Below are positions 1 to 9,852 of a DNA stretch of 64,000 nucleotides, piece after piece. Where the stretch lies: NCBI GenBank assembly GCA_019115745.1, contig DXDA01000019.1, positions 6,233 to 70,232 on the forward strand. Reading direction: 5' to 3'. The first letter of the stretch is position 1, and every line of letters begins with the position of its first letter. Under the pieces are notes generated by a model. The model saw only the letters and a list, made by a program, of their open reading frames with translations. It did not search any database and was not told the origin of the DNA. Origin of the DNA: Candidatus Alistipes intestinigallinarum. GTDB taxonomy: Bacteria; Bacteroidota; Bacteroidia; Bacteroidales; Rikenellaceae. The translations under genes were made by a program, and so were the position numbers.

Positions 1-1502
1 TCCTCGTCATAGGAGCACCACGGAGCATCCAGCCAACGCCGGATCCGTGTCGAATCGGCAAAGATCGACCGCGCATAGAGCGTATCGACAAAACGCCGGA
101 GATCGCCCCCGTACAGCCGATCGACCTCGTCGGCATAGAACGACGGCAGGAACGCCGCCGGAACCTGCTGCCGGACGAGCTCCATCCCCAGGAGGGTCAT
201 TTCGCGGTCCACCTCGGGAACCATCCGTCCGTAATAATAGGCGGTATTGTGGAGGTAATCCTTCCGCGACATGCCGGTATTCACACCGCCTTTCCGCAGC
301 GTCTCCAGCCCGGAGCCGAACGCCATCACGAAGTTGAGCATCCGGCTGCAGCGGTGGAAACCTTCGAGCAGGCAGTTGACGGCCCGGGATTCCACCGAAT
401 CGGCCTGTGCAAGCTCCTGCGCCGCCAGATAACGCTCCACATCGGGGAAACGTCCCTCCCGACGGGTCCATTCGACCAATTGCCGTTCAAAATCCCGTTT
501 ACGGGCGATGAGGCCCTGGCGGTCGATCCACTCGTTCATTCCCAGCAGATTCTTGTACTCGTTGGCCAGGGCGTTGAACTCCTCGTAGTAGGCCAGGTTC
601 ACCGCGCGGTCGGTCCGCATCCGTTGCTGCAGAGCTTCGAGCATCCGTCCGCGGATGGCGACGATCGGCGCATTGACCACATACCTCGTCCGCCAGATCT
701 CGGAAGAGGTCGCACTCCGCGTCGTCCGCATCGGATAGCCGAGACTCAGGGCAAAATCCCCCTCGTCATACCCCTCCTGCGAGACCCGGAGGAAATCCCC
801 GGTGGCATAGGGGACATTCTCCGGAGCATAGGAGGCCGGCGTTCCGTCGGGCGCGGCGTAGACCCGGAAGAAGGCGAAGTCGGGATTGTGACGCGGCCAC
901 ATGTAGTTGTCGGTCTCGCCGCCGAACTTCGCAACGCTCTGGGGCAGCACCCCCACGAGCCGCACGTCGTCGAAGACCTCGCTGCCGTAGAGTACGAAGC
1001 GGGTGGCGGCCTGGTAATCACGCACCGTCCAGCGGTAACGGGGCGTCCGTGCGGCGTGGTTCGCCGCGACCTTCCGCATCGCTTCGTAGAGCGTCACACC
1101 GCCCGCAGCGATCCGCCGCACCTCGTCGGTTACGTCACGCACGACCCGGTCGATCGTCACGCTCAGCCCCTTGACCGGCAATTCGGGAACCCCGCCGACG
1201 GCCCAATAGCCCTCCTCGACGATATTCCGTTCGGGCGAGGAGTGCTGCGCCACGGCCTGATAGGCGCAGTGGTAGTTGGTCAGCAGCAGCCCCTTTCCGG
1301 AGACGAACGATGCCGTACACCCCTGTCCGAAACGCACCACGGCACGTGTCGCACGCTCGAAAGCCGCAGCATCGGCCTGCATTCCGAGCTCCCGCATGAC
1401 GGTCTCGCGGCTCTCGTACTGCGTCGGGAGCCACATCCCTTCGTCGGCCCGGAGGCTCTGCACCGCCAGGCACAACGAAAGGATCAGCAGTACCCGTTTC
1501 AC
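1..1502 (-). CDS. S46 family dipeptidyl peptidase, truncated at the left window edge (absent from the ORF track)
   Basis: Manual translation from GTG at 1502 (GTGA overlap with the TlpA stop): MKRVLLILSLCLAVQSLRADEGMWLP...FGQGCTASFVSGKGLLLTNYHC...KFGGETDNYMWPRHNPDFAFFRVY, all S46 motifs. The same frame reads ...SYDE at the window edge. Confidence 0.9.
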   Translation of the reverse strand, partial: MKRVLLILSLCLAVQSLRADEGMWLPTQYESRETVMRELGMQADAAAFERATRAVVRFGQGCTASFVSGKGLLLTNYHCAYQAVAQHSSPERNIVEEGYWAVGGVPELPVKGLSVTIDRVVRDVTDEVRRIAAGGVTLYEAMRKVAANHAARTPRYRWTVRDYQAATRFVLYGSEVFDDVRLVGVLPQSVAKFGGETDNYMWPRHNPDFAFFRVYAAPDGTPASYAPENVPYATGDFLRVSQEGYDEGDFALSLGYPMRTTRSATSSEIWRTRYVVNAPIVAIRGRMLEALQQRMRTDRAVNLAYYEEFNALANEYKNLLGMNEWIDRQGLIARKRDFERQLVEWTRREGRFPDVERYLAAQELAQADSVESRAVNCLLEGFHRCSRMLNFVMAFGSGLETLRKGGVNTGMSRKDYLHNTAYYYGRMVPEVDREMTLLGMELVRQQVPAAFLPSFYADEVDRLYGGDLRRFVDTLYARSIFADSTRIRRWLDAPWCSYDE

Positions 1503-2578
1503 TCTCCAAACAGTTCGCTGCATCGCTCATAGAGTTTTTCACCGCGCAGCCCCTCGGCAATGATCCGGCCGTCGGGGTCGATCAGCCAGATGGCCGGGAT
1601 TCCGTCGATACCGTAGGCCTGAGCCACGGGCGACAGTTTCCCGCCGACCAGATCGCTGGCGTTGAGCCACACCATCTCATCCTCCTCGATGGCGCGTTTC
1701 CAATCCTCGGCCTTGCTGTCCAGCGAGAAGGAGAGCACCTCAAGGCCCGACTTGTGGAACGCCTCGTAGAGTTTGCGCGTATGGACGGTCTCGGCCCGGC
1801 ACGGCACACACCACGATGCCCAGAAGTCGAGCAGCACGTATTTGCCCCGCAGGTCCGACAGACGGATGGTCCCGCCGTCGGGCGTCCGGGCCGTGAAATC
1901 GGGCGCAATGGCGCCGGGCGATACCGAACGTACGATGTCGGCCCGGGCCTTCAGCTCGTTGTAATAGGGGTGACCGGCCAGGGGCGCGAAAAATGCCAGC
2001 AGCGAATCGAGCTTCCCGATCTTGTACATCGTGACGGGCCCCAACACGGTATAGAGGGCATGTACCGAGGTGGGATCGGCATAGGTCATCGAATCGAGGA
2101 AACGGTCGTATTCCTCGTTGAGGGCCCAAATGGCACTTTGGTCGCTCTTCGCGGCCAAGGCCTGGTGACGACGCTTGTTGAGGTCAAGGTTGAAGTCGTG
2201 CATGAGGTTGATCCGGGCATTCTCCTTGCCGCCCGACACGCGGGCGAAATAGAAGTTGTCGAGATCGCCCTCGATGCGTACCGTGCCCCGTTCCGAAACG
2301 AACTGAGCTCCGCCCCGATTCCCGTCCACCACCAATTCGTAAACCCGGCCGACCAGGCTGTCGGGCAACTGCAGGGTGAAATTTCCGTTTGTGGCCACCG
2401 CCGAAGCGACCGTATCGCGGCCGTATTCACCCACCTTGGCAATCACATATACCGAAGCATCGCCATCCAGATCTCCGATATGCCCCTCAACCCGGCACCC
2501 CGTGTCGGTACACGATGCGGCAAACAACATTCCGACCGCTGCGGCCACAACCGACCGCTTCTCAAATTTCCATTTCAT
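1499..2578 (-). CDS. TlpA/ResA-like thiol-disulfide oxidoreductase lipoprotein (DUF4369-like N-terminus plus redoxin domain)
   Basis: Lipobox FAASC; C-terminal APDFTA...LSDLRGKYVLLDFWASWCVPCR with CxxC, and GIPAIWLID. ATG 2578 preferred over the GTG at 2611. Confidence 0.9.
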   Translation of the reverse strand: MKWKFEKRSVVAAAVGMLFAASCTDTGCRVEGHIGDLDGDASVYVIAKVGEYGRDTVASAVATNGNFTLQLPDSLVGRVYELVVDGNRGGAQFVSERGTVRIEGDLDNFYFARVSGGKENARINLMHDFNLDLNKRRHQALAAKSDQSAIWALNEEYDRFLDSMTYADPTSVHALYTVLGPVTMYKIGKLDSLLAFFAPLAGHPYYNELKARADIVRSVSPGAIAPDFTARTPDGGTIRLSDLRGKYVLLDFWASWCVPCRAETVHTRKLYEAFHKSGLEVLSFSLDSKAEDWKRAIEEDEMVWLNASDLVGGKLSPVAQAYGIDGIPAIWLIDPDGRIIAEGLRGEKLYERCSELFGE

Positions 2579-2601
2579 ATTTGCAGAATCAATAAAAAGG
2601 T

Positions 2602-4161
2602 TTATTTCCACTTGTATCCCAACGAGACGATCCGCCCGAATCCATCGTAAACCTTCGGGCCCGATTCAATCACGCCGCTGGTCTCGCTGACCACATACTG
2701 CAGAAGTTTTCCCTCGCCCGTCGTCGGGTTCCAAATCCCCACATAGAGGAGTTTGCCGTAAAGTGTCGCATTCGACAGGTTGTCGTTGAACATCCACAGC
2801 AGCGAGACCTCGTACCCCGGATACTCCTGCGACACGTCGAGAAGGAGTTCGGCCGCCGAGGCATTTTCATAGAGACAGCGGTAGATCTTCTGCGAGGTTT
2901 CGTAGAAGATCACCGGGCCGCGCGTCCCGAAGGCGAACCGCGAAGCCTGAGCCATCTCCGGAGCGGCCGACAGGTCGTAAAGACCCGCACCCGTATTGGC
3001 ATTCGGCTCATACCAGTTGGCATTCAGATCCAAAGCGTAGAGTTTTCGCACGGACGAATTCCCGGGCTGCTGCATGAGAGCAAGGTAAAAGTTGCTCGGA
3101 TAACCCATCTGGGCATAGACCATTTCGGTTTCGTTTTCCAGTGGTTTTTTCGGATCGAAAGCATTGCCAGACGTTGTAAATCCCTTCACCATCTGATTGA
3201 AATCGAGATACATGAAGCGTTTGCTCAGCTTGTCGAAGAAGCAGCACCGTACTCCCGAGGAGGCCCCCGCCGTCACATTGCCGCCGATATAGGGTGCAGC
3301 GTCATAGGGTTCGCCGAAACAGCGCACATCGTATTGTGCATAGACGCCGGACGTGTTGCTGTCGCTGAAGTAGATCGAGCCCTTGTTGACCAGATACTCC
3401 TTGCTGCCACTCCACAGGGCGAAGCCCTCGAATCCAACCGGCTCGATCCCTTCGCGGAAACACTCCTGATAGGTGTCTATGATCTTCATGTCGGCAATCG
3501 AGAGGCGGTAACCGCCGCGGTCTCCACCCTGAAAGAGATAGATGTGATTGCCCTGGTTCCACGGAGCCACGATCATGGCACCCTCCTCGGGATGCAGCCC
3601 TTCGTTGTTCCCCGAAAAGATGGCGTGCGTCACATAGTCGTCGGAATAGCCCTCGATGCCGGCATTGACCTCGGGATTCATCACCATGCTCACATCGCCC
3701 TTGCCCTCACGGTCCTCGTGAAGCACCATCAGCCCCTGAGGCGCGATGGTCTCGACCCGCAGGCTGAGTTTTTCGTTCACCGTCACTCCGTTCGTACGGT
3801 CCGTGACGTAGAGGATCAGATGGTAGTCCCGGGCCGGAAGGTCCACCGTGATGTCGAGCACCCGGTCGGTGGAGAGCAGCGAATCGATGAAATAGCCCAA
3901 TGCGGGATCCGGAACCCACAAGTTGTCCTTAAGCTGCCAGCGGTAGGTCAGATTCTCGTCGCTTCCGCCCTGACTGACCTTCGGTTCGATCTTCAGCCGC
4001 TCCAACTGGCGGGCCACCACCGTCGAGGAGTTCAGGCCCATGTCGATTTCGATCGGCGTGAGTGTGCGATAATCGTAATTTCCGTTGTCCTTCACACAGC
4101 CCGACAGGGACAACATAACGGCTACGGCTGCGGCTGTCAGCCAGATATATTTGCGTATCAT
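2602..4161 (-). CDS. PKD-like family lipoprotein (SusCD accessory protein)
   Basis: Lipobox LSGC followed by VKDNGNYDY, typical of PKD-like lipoproteins that follow DUF4843 genes. Alternative start at 4179. Confidence 0.75.
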   Translation of the reverse strand: MIRKYIWLTAAAVAVMLSLSGCVKDNGNYDYRTLTPIEIDMGLNSSTVVARQLERLKIEPKVSQGGSDENLTYRWQLKDNLWVPDPALGYFIDSLLSTDRVLDITVDLPARDYHLILYVTDRTNGVTVNEKLSLRVETIAPQGLMVLHEDREGKGDVSMVMNPEVNAGIEGYSDDYVTHAIFSGNNEGLHPEEGAMIVAPWNQGNHIYLFQGGDRGGYRLSIADMKIIDTYQECFREGIEPVGFEGFALWSGSKEYLVNKGSIYFSDSNTSGVYAQYDVRCFGEPYDAAPYIGGNVTAGASSGVRCCFFDKLSKRFMYLDFNQMVKGFTTSGNAFDPKKPLENETEMVYAQMGYPSNFYLALMQQPGNSSVRKLYALDLNANWYEPNANTGAGLYDLSAAPEMAQASRFAFGTRGPVIFYETSQKIYRCLYENASAAELLLDVSQEYPGYEVSLLWMFNDNLSNATLYGKLLYVGIWNPTTGEGKLLQYVVSETSGVIESGPKVYDGFGRIVSLGYKWK

Positions 4162-4209
4162 TGTCAGCTCTTTTTTCATGCTACGTTTTTGTGATTGTCG
4201 ACGGAAGAA

Positions 4210-4938
4210 TCAACCCAGACCGCCCGAGCCTCCGCTGTAAACCGGGATTTCGATTGGCTTTCCGTCGTCCTCATATTGCGGATTTTCGGAGAGGTACTCC
4301 CGGACCTTGCGGTTGTAATAACCCAGCGTGGAGATGTCCGACGGAGGCGGCAGTTCACTGATCCCGCATACGGAGAGAATGATGCCGTACTTCTTCTCGG
4401 TAAATTCGCCCCAACAGGTCCTGTAGACGGTCGAGTCCCAGTTGTCGGGCTTGATGTACTTGTCGCCCCAGCGCAGAATGGCCTCGTGCCCGCGGGTAAA
4501 TCCCAGCGAAAAATCCGCATTGGGCTGCAGGGCCACAACCAGACGAACCTCCTTGTCCTTGAGACCTTCGCGGCGGAGCGTGACGGGGATCGTCGTCTCA
4601 TAGGCTCCGGCCGGGATCGTCACCGATCCGGGCAGGTCATAATGGGTTCCCGCCTCGGCCGTACTCTCTGCGGCATTGACCCCCACGTTGATCGTGCGGT
4701 CCCGATCGGCGGCAAACCCGATGATCCGGACCCGCAGATCGAGTTGGTGCGTGGGCTCTTCGGTGATGGGGAACGAGAAGACCAGCGAATCGCGCAGACT
4801 CTTTCCGTCGGCGGCCAGCATCTCGAAATAGACGGCCGGCGTCTCGTCCTCGTAGATCATGATGTCTTTCTCGGAGCATCCGGCAACGGCTACAGCCAGC
4901 AGGCCTGTTCCCAAAAGATATAAAGCGCTCTTTTTCAT
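4210..4938 (-). CDS. DUF4843-like lipoprotein
   Basis: Lipobox VAGC; DSLVFSF, V.I.G...D.DR and KPDNWD...WGEFTEKKY motifs; lies directly after susD. Confidence 0.75.
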   Translation of the reverse strand: MKKSALYLLGTGLLAVAVAGCSEKDIMIYEDETPAVYFEMLAADGKSLRDSLVFSFPITEEPTHQLDLRVRIIGFAADRDRTINVGVNAAESTAEAGTHYDLPGSVTIPAGAYETTIPVTLRREGLKDKEVRLVVALQPNADFSLGFTRGHEAILRWGDKYIKPDNWDSTVYRTCWGEFTEKKYGIILSVCGISELPPPSDISTLGYYNRKVREYLSENPQYEDDGKPIEIPVYSGGSGGLG

Positions 4939-4950
4939 AGTCGTATGGGA

Positions 4951-6405
4951 TTATTGATTATACTCGGTCTCCAGATCGGGCCGTTCGATGGCAAAGACCC
5001 CGGACAACGAATATGTCAGGTAACGGGCCATCGTCCCGTCAGGGATCCAGGCGTGGCGTTTGCAGAGGAAGTAGAATTGTCCCTCACCCCAAAACTCCTT
5101 GAGGTATTCGTGACGCACAGCGCTCATCACACCCGCATCGTCGAGGCTCCCGGCATCGAGATCCACCGTAATGCCACGGTGCTGACGGACGGTATTCAGC
5201 AGCGAACAGGCTTCGCCGTTGTCGGTTCCGACCTTGCATTCGGCGGCGATGTAGTAGAGCTCCGAAAGCCGGAACAGCGGAATACGGGCCGCATAGTCGC
5301 TGTTGTATCCTTCGGGCTGGTAGAAGCGCTTGACGATGTAGTTCTGCGAACTCCCGATCATCACCTTCTCGGTAATGTAGAGTTTGCGGTAGTCCGTGGC
5401 CCCGACACCTCCGGCCTCGTACCACTGTTCAAAATAGTAGTAGCCCTTGCTCAGAATCTGAACGGCTGCGGCCTCCTTCGCAAGCCACTTTTCATAGAGG
5501 TTCTCCAGATTGAAGACATTGAGTGCAAAGAGATGTTCGGTCGAGAAGGAGTAATCGCACTGCCGTTCGTCGGTGCCGGAGAGTTTCTCCGACGCGATCC
5601 ACGGGAAGGACTCCGAACAGTCGGCGATAAGCTGCGTTGCGGCGGTGTAGGCCTTCTGCTTGTCGCCGCTCCAGAGCAGCGCCCGAGCCTGGAGAGCCCG
5701 CACGGCATAATAGTTCATGCGCAGATGGCGGTCACCGAGAAAGATGTCACCCTCCACCGAGAAGGTTCCCTGGCAAACCGGATCGGCATCACGAAGCAAC
5801 GCCTCGGCCTGCTCCAGCTCCTCGATGGCCCGGGCGATCACCTCGCGGCCCGACGAATCGGGAACGGGATTCTTCGTCAGCGTCGCCACATAGGGGATGG
5901 CCGCAGCGTCGAGATCGGAAAAGTCCCCGAAGATCTTGAAGAGCTCCAGGTGCAGGAAGGCCCGCAAGCCGAGTGCCTCCCCCTTGATGATGGCATAGCG
6001 GTTTCCGGTAAAGAGGTTCCGGTGTCCGTCGATCTGATCGAGGATGTTGTTCAGATTGGCAATCGCATTGTAGAGACCGTTCCAGAATCCGTCCGTCACG
6101 CTGCGGACATTGGTCGCGGAAAGGCTGCCCTTGGCCACATCGGCATAGACCGTATTGTTCGAAGCGCTCAAATCGTAGTTGCCCACGAGTGTTTCGAAAA
6201 ATCCGTAGGTCAACTGGCGCCCGTAGAGCTCTTCGCCGATGAGTTTCGAGTAGACACCCACCAGCGCATCTTCGAAGCCCTGCTCCGAGGAGAGCAGATC
6301 ATCGGATTTCACCTTGCTCTTGAGGCGGACGTCGAGCCACTCTTCGCAACCCGCAAACAGAAGGGTTGCCAGCAGCAATATTGCGTATGAAAATGCTTTT
6401 TTCAT
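4951..6405 (-). CDS. SusD/RagB family nutrient-binding lipoprotein
   Basis: Lipobox FAGC-EEWLDV; YNAIANLNNIL, GEALGLRAFLHLEL, RLSELYYIAAE and EFWGEGQ motifs; follows susC. Confidence 0.93.
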   Translation of the reverse strand: MKKAFSYAILLLATLLFAGCEEWLDVRLKSKVKSDDLLSSEQGFEDALVGVYSKLIGEELYGRQLTYGFFETLVGNYDLSASNNTVYADVAKGSLSATNVRSVTDGFWNGLYNAIANLNNILDQIDGHRNLFTGNRYAIIKGEALGLRAFLHLELFKIFGDFSDLDAAAIPYVATLTKNPVPDSSGREVIARAIEELEQAEALLRDADPVCQGTFSVEGDIFLGDRHLRMNYYAVRALQARALLWSGDKQKAYTAATQLIADCSESFPWIASEKLSGTDERQCDYSFSTEHLFALNVFNLENLYEKWLAKEAAAVQILSKGYYYFEQWYEAGGVGATDYRKLYITEKVMIGSSQNYIVKRFYQPEGYNSDYAARIPLFRLSELYYIAAECKVGTDNGEACSLLNTVRQHRGITVDLDAGSLDDAGVMSAVRHEYLKEFWGEGQFYFLCKRHAWIPDGTMARYLTYSLSGVFAIERPDLETEYNQ

Positions 6406-6417
6406 GGTTCGGAGAGT

Positions 6418-9400
6418 TTAGAAATTAACGATCAGGGTGCAGGAGCCCGTGCGGGCGAACGGATAGGTGGTTCCGCGCTCGATCTTCACGCTCGAAAACG
6501 AAGCCACGTCGTTCATGTTCACGAAGAGCTGCAGCCGCTCGATGCGGAGTTTCTTGAGGAACTTCCAGCGGTAGAAATCGTAACCGATCGAGATCGTGGA
6601 GATGTCCAGCCGGTTGTAGTCCTGTACGAAACGCGAGGTGGCCAGCGTAGGCTGCTGCCAGTCGCCGACGTTGCGGAACAGCACGCGGTCACCCGGCTGT
6701 TTCCAGGTGGCGTAGTAGGCCCGACGGTCGACATTGCCGTTCATCTGTGCATTCTCGACCTTGTCGATGAGCGTCGTGTTGTAGATCTGGGCGCCCCAGC
6801 GGTAGCTGCACGACACCGCCACGGAGAGACCCTTGTATTCGAGGTTGAATCCGAACAAACCGCGCATCTTGTCCTCGGTATCGCCGCAGATGACCTTGTC
6901 GGCCACGTCCCACGTGTCGGTCATCTGCCCGTCGCGCGTCAGGAAGATCTCCCGGCCCGACGCCGGATCGATCCCCAGCGAACGGACCGCCCAGATGGCA
7001 CTCAGCGACTCACCCTCTTCGAAGCGGACCAGCGGGCGGTTGTCGGTTTTCGACAATTCGTCCTGTTCGGCGTTCACCGACTGCAGCGAATTGGAGATCC
7101 GGCGGATCCTGTTGGTGTTGTGCGTACCGTTGACGAAGAAAATGAGCGAGGTGCGGTCCTCGGGACGCGAGAAGACATTGGCGCTCAGGTTGAACTCGAT
7201 ACCCTGGTTGAGAATCTCACCCAGATTGGCCTTGTAGGTCGTAAAGCCGAGCGAGGGCGGGATGTTGATGTCGGTCAGGAAGTCCTTGGTCACGGCACGG
7301 TAGTAGTCGAAGCGCAGTTTCAGACGGCCCCAGAGATCCATGTCGAAACCGATATTGGCATCGAACTTCTGCTGCCACTTCAGATCCTCGTTGGCCAGGG
7401 CTTCGAGGTAGACGCCCGACATGCCCTGGTAGTTGCGGTCGGTGTAGTAGTTGTAGAGCAGTTGCGCCTGGTAGGAGTTGAAGGACTGCGAACCCGTCGT
7501 ACCGACCGATCCGCGGATCTTGAGCTGCCGGAGCCACCGCACGTCACGCAGGAAGGGCTCGTTGTGGATGTTCCAGCCCAGACCCGCCGACCAGAAGAGA
7601 CCCCAGCGGCTGTTCGTTCCGAACTGCGAGGAGGCATTCCCGCGCAGGGTCATGTCGGCTAGATAGCGGTTGTCGTAGGAGTAGTTCCCCGAGAAGAGCG
7701 CACCGACGGCCCGGTTGAGCGATTCGCTGCCCGTGGGCGTACTGTTCTCGGCATACTGCTTGGCGAAGATGATGTTGTCCATCTGCGCATTGGGGAATCC
7801 CACGGCCGAATAGATGTAGTTTTCGCTCTTGTTCTGCTCGATGTTCACTCCGGCATTGGCAAAGAGCGCATGGCGTCCCCACGTCTGGTTGTACTGCAGG
7901 TTCAGGTCACCGCTCACCGAGGCGTACTTTCCGTGTCCCGAGGTGTAGGAGCCGCGCTTGAGATACTCTTCGGTCGACGAGGGGAGGATATTCCGGAACG
8001 AGGAGTGCGAAGCGGGCAGAAACTCCTCCGTACCGGTGGACTGCTGCGTAAAGGAGAAACGTCCCACCACCTTCAACCGGTCATTGAACTGGTATTCGAG
8101 ATAGGTGTTGTTCGTCACGTCGAAGTAGTTCGAGCCGTAACGCGTACCGTTCGAGGCGTCGGTCATCGGGTTGTAGACCATCGACGAGGTAACCGGTCCG
8201 TAGCCCAGCTCTTCGAGCAGGTTGCCGTTGTCGTCGCGGATGCGCCAGTAGGGGTTCAGCGCCACGTAGTCCGAGAAGGAGCCGTAGGGCGAATCCTCCG
8301 ACTTGGTGCCCGTGAGGGTGATCAGGTTGCGGAAGAGGAACTTCTTCCAGCGGTAGCTGACATCGGCGCCTCCGGAGAGCGTGTTGCGGAACGAGCCCTT
8401 CATTACACCCTGCACGTCGTTGTATCCGAAATCGAATCCGGCCCGCAGATCCTCGGCACCCACCTCCAGCCGCACGGAGTGCTTGTGGCCGACCCCGACG
8501 CGCGTGGGCTGTGCGAGCCAGTCGGTATTCACGCCGCTGCGCACGGCCTCCAGGTTCTTATAATAGAGGTCCTTCTTGTCGATGTCATTCTGCGGTTGAT
8601 CCGCGTCATAGAAGCCCAGCAGACGCTCCAGTTCGAGTTTCTCCTCGGCGCTGCACATGTTGTAGCTCGACAGGTCGGGGATTTCGAGCGAAAGGCTTCC
8701 GGTGTAGTTCACACGGACCTCCCCGGCCGTCAGCTTCACGGTCTCGATGACCACCACGCCGTTGGCGGCCTTCGAACCGTAGATGGCCTTGGCCGAGGCG
8801 TCCTTCAGCAGCGTGACGCTCTCGATACGGTTCATGTCGAGATCGAGGACCTTCTGGAGCGTGGTTTCGAAACCGTCGAGGATGAACAGCGGCTGGTTGG
8901 GATCCTGCGTGTACTGCCCCTTCAGGTCGGGGAACGACGACGAACCGCGCATCTCGATCGTCGGGAGGTTGTTGGGGTCGGAACCCATCGACAGGTTGTC
9001 GATCATGTTGAACGACGGATCGATGTTCTTCAGACTCTGAATCAGGTTCTGGTTGCCGCGGCTCATCAGCTCCTGGCGGTTAACGGTGACCGACGAACCG
9101 GTGAAGCTCTCGGCCTTGCGGGTGAAGATACCCGTCACGACAATGTTCTCGACATCGACGGCGGCAGGCTGAAGGCGGACATCGTGCGTGGTCTCCATAT
9201 GGAGCAGGAAGCGCTGCGGGGTGTAACCCACGAAGGAGTAGACGATGGTCAATCCGTCGGCCACGCCCGTAAGGCGGTAGGCACCCTGTGCATCGGTGGT
9301 CGTACCGCGATCGGTCCCGACGATGGCGATGGTGACACCGGCCATCGGAAGGCCCTTTTCATCGCATACCGTACCGGTGAGTTCGCGCTCCTCGGGGCGA

Positions 9401-9759
9401 AGGGGGGGGGTAGCGGATGGCGCCGAAGAACGGGTCTGGGCCCGCACAATGACCACATGACGGTCATTGAATTCGTAGGTCAGCGATGTCCCGCGGAGCA
9501 CTTCGTCGAGGACCTTGCTCAACGGAGCATTCACGACCTGCACCGAACGATTCGGGACCCGGGCGATTTCGCCCGCATTGTAGACGAACGACAGACCGCT
9601 CTGCTGTTGCAGTTCGGCGAAGATTTTCGAAAGAGGCGAGGCCGGCATACTGAGCGTGATGGGCTGATCCTGCGCCACGACGAGCGTCGTCAACAGCAGA
9701 CAGCCGGCCGTCAGGAGCAGGCGCAGCTTCCGGAATGGGTTGTAGTAGATTTTTTTCAT
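6418..9759 (-). CDS. SusC/RagA TonB-dependent transporter with N-terminal STN signalling domain
   Basis: QPLFILDG and LKDASAKAIYGSKAANGVVVIET plug motifs, STN-like N-terminus, C-terminal Phe. Confidence 0.96.
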   Translation of the reverse strand: MKKIYYNPFRKLRLLLTAGCLLLTTLVVAQDQPITLSMPASPLSKIFAELQQQSGLSFVYNAGEIARVPNRSVQVVNAPLSKVLDEVLRGTSLTYEFNDRHVVIVRAQTRSSAPSATPPLRPEERELTGTVCDEKGLPMAGVTIAIVGTDRGTTTDAQGAYRLTGVADGLTIVYSFVGYTPQRFLLHMETTHDVRLQPAAVDVENIVVTGIFTRKAESFTGSSVTVNRQELMSRGNQNLIQSLKNIDPSFNMIDNLSMGSDPNNLPTIEMRGSSSFPDLKGQYTQDPNQPLFILDGFETTLQKVLDLDMNRIESVTLLKDASAKAIYGSKAANGVVVIETVKLTAGEVRVNYTGSLSLEIPDLSSYNMCSAEEKLELERLLGFYDADQPQNDIDKKDLYYKNLEAVRSGVNTDWLAQPTRVGVGHKHSVRLEVGAEDLRAGFDFGYNDVQGVMKGSFRNTLSGGADVSYRWKKFLFRNLITLTGTKSEDSPYGSFSDYVALNPYWRIRDDNGNLLEELGYGPVTSSMVYNPMTDASNGTRYGSNYFDVTNNTYLEYQFNDRLKVVGRFSFTQQSTGTEEFLPASHSSFRNILPSSTEEYLKRGSYTSGHGKYASVSGDLNLQYNQTWGRHALFANAGVNIEQNKSENYIYSAVGFPNAQMDNIIFAKQYAENSTPTGSESLNRAVGALFSGNYSYDNRYLADMTLRGNASSQFGTNSRWGLFWSAGLGWNIHNEPFLRDVRWLRQLKIRGSVGTTGSQSFNSYQAQLLYNYYTDRNYQGMSGVYLEALANEDLKWQQKFDANIGFDMDLWGRLKLRFDYYRAVTKDFLTDINIPPSLGFTTYKANLGEILNQGIEFNLSANVFSRPEDRTSLIFFVNGTHNTNRIRRISNSLQSVNAEQDELSKTDNRPLVRFEEGESLSAIWAVRSLGIDPASGREIFLTRDGQMTDTWDVADKVICGDTEDKMRGLFGFNLEYKGLSVAVSCSYRWGAQIYNTTLIDKVENAQMNGNVDRRAYYATWKQPGDRVLFRNVGDWQQPTLATSRFVQDYNRLDISTISIGYDFYRWKFLKKLRIERLQLFVNMNDVASFSSVKIERGTTYPFARTGSCTLIVNF

Positions 9760-9852
9760 GTCAACGAGGTTTTTTGAGGTACAGAGCCCGAAGGCTTGGC
9801 TTATCGGAGGCCCGCCGGGGCGGGCAGAGGCTGAAAGGGGGTGGTACGATGC

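Noticed and set aside
249-1532. 427-aa + strand ORF, and other long antisense ORFs such as 7870-9777, 13975-16755, 31983-34763, 36896-39436, 40896-43301 and 49321-51579
   Set aside because: Each is the antisense shadow of a well-supported gene. High GC3 suppresses stop codons on the opposite strand, and the translations show no recognisable motifs.
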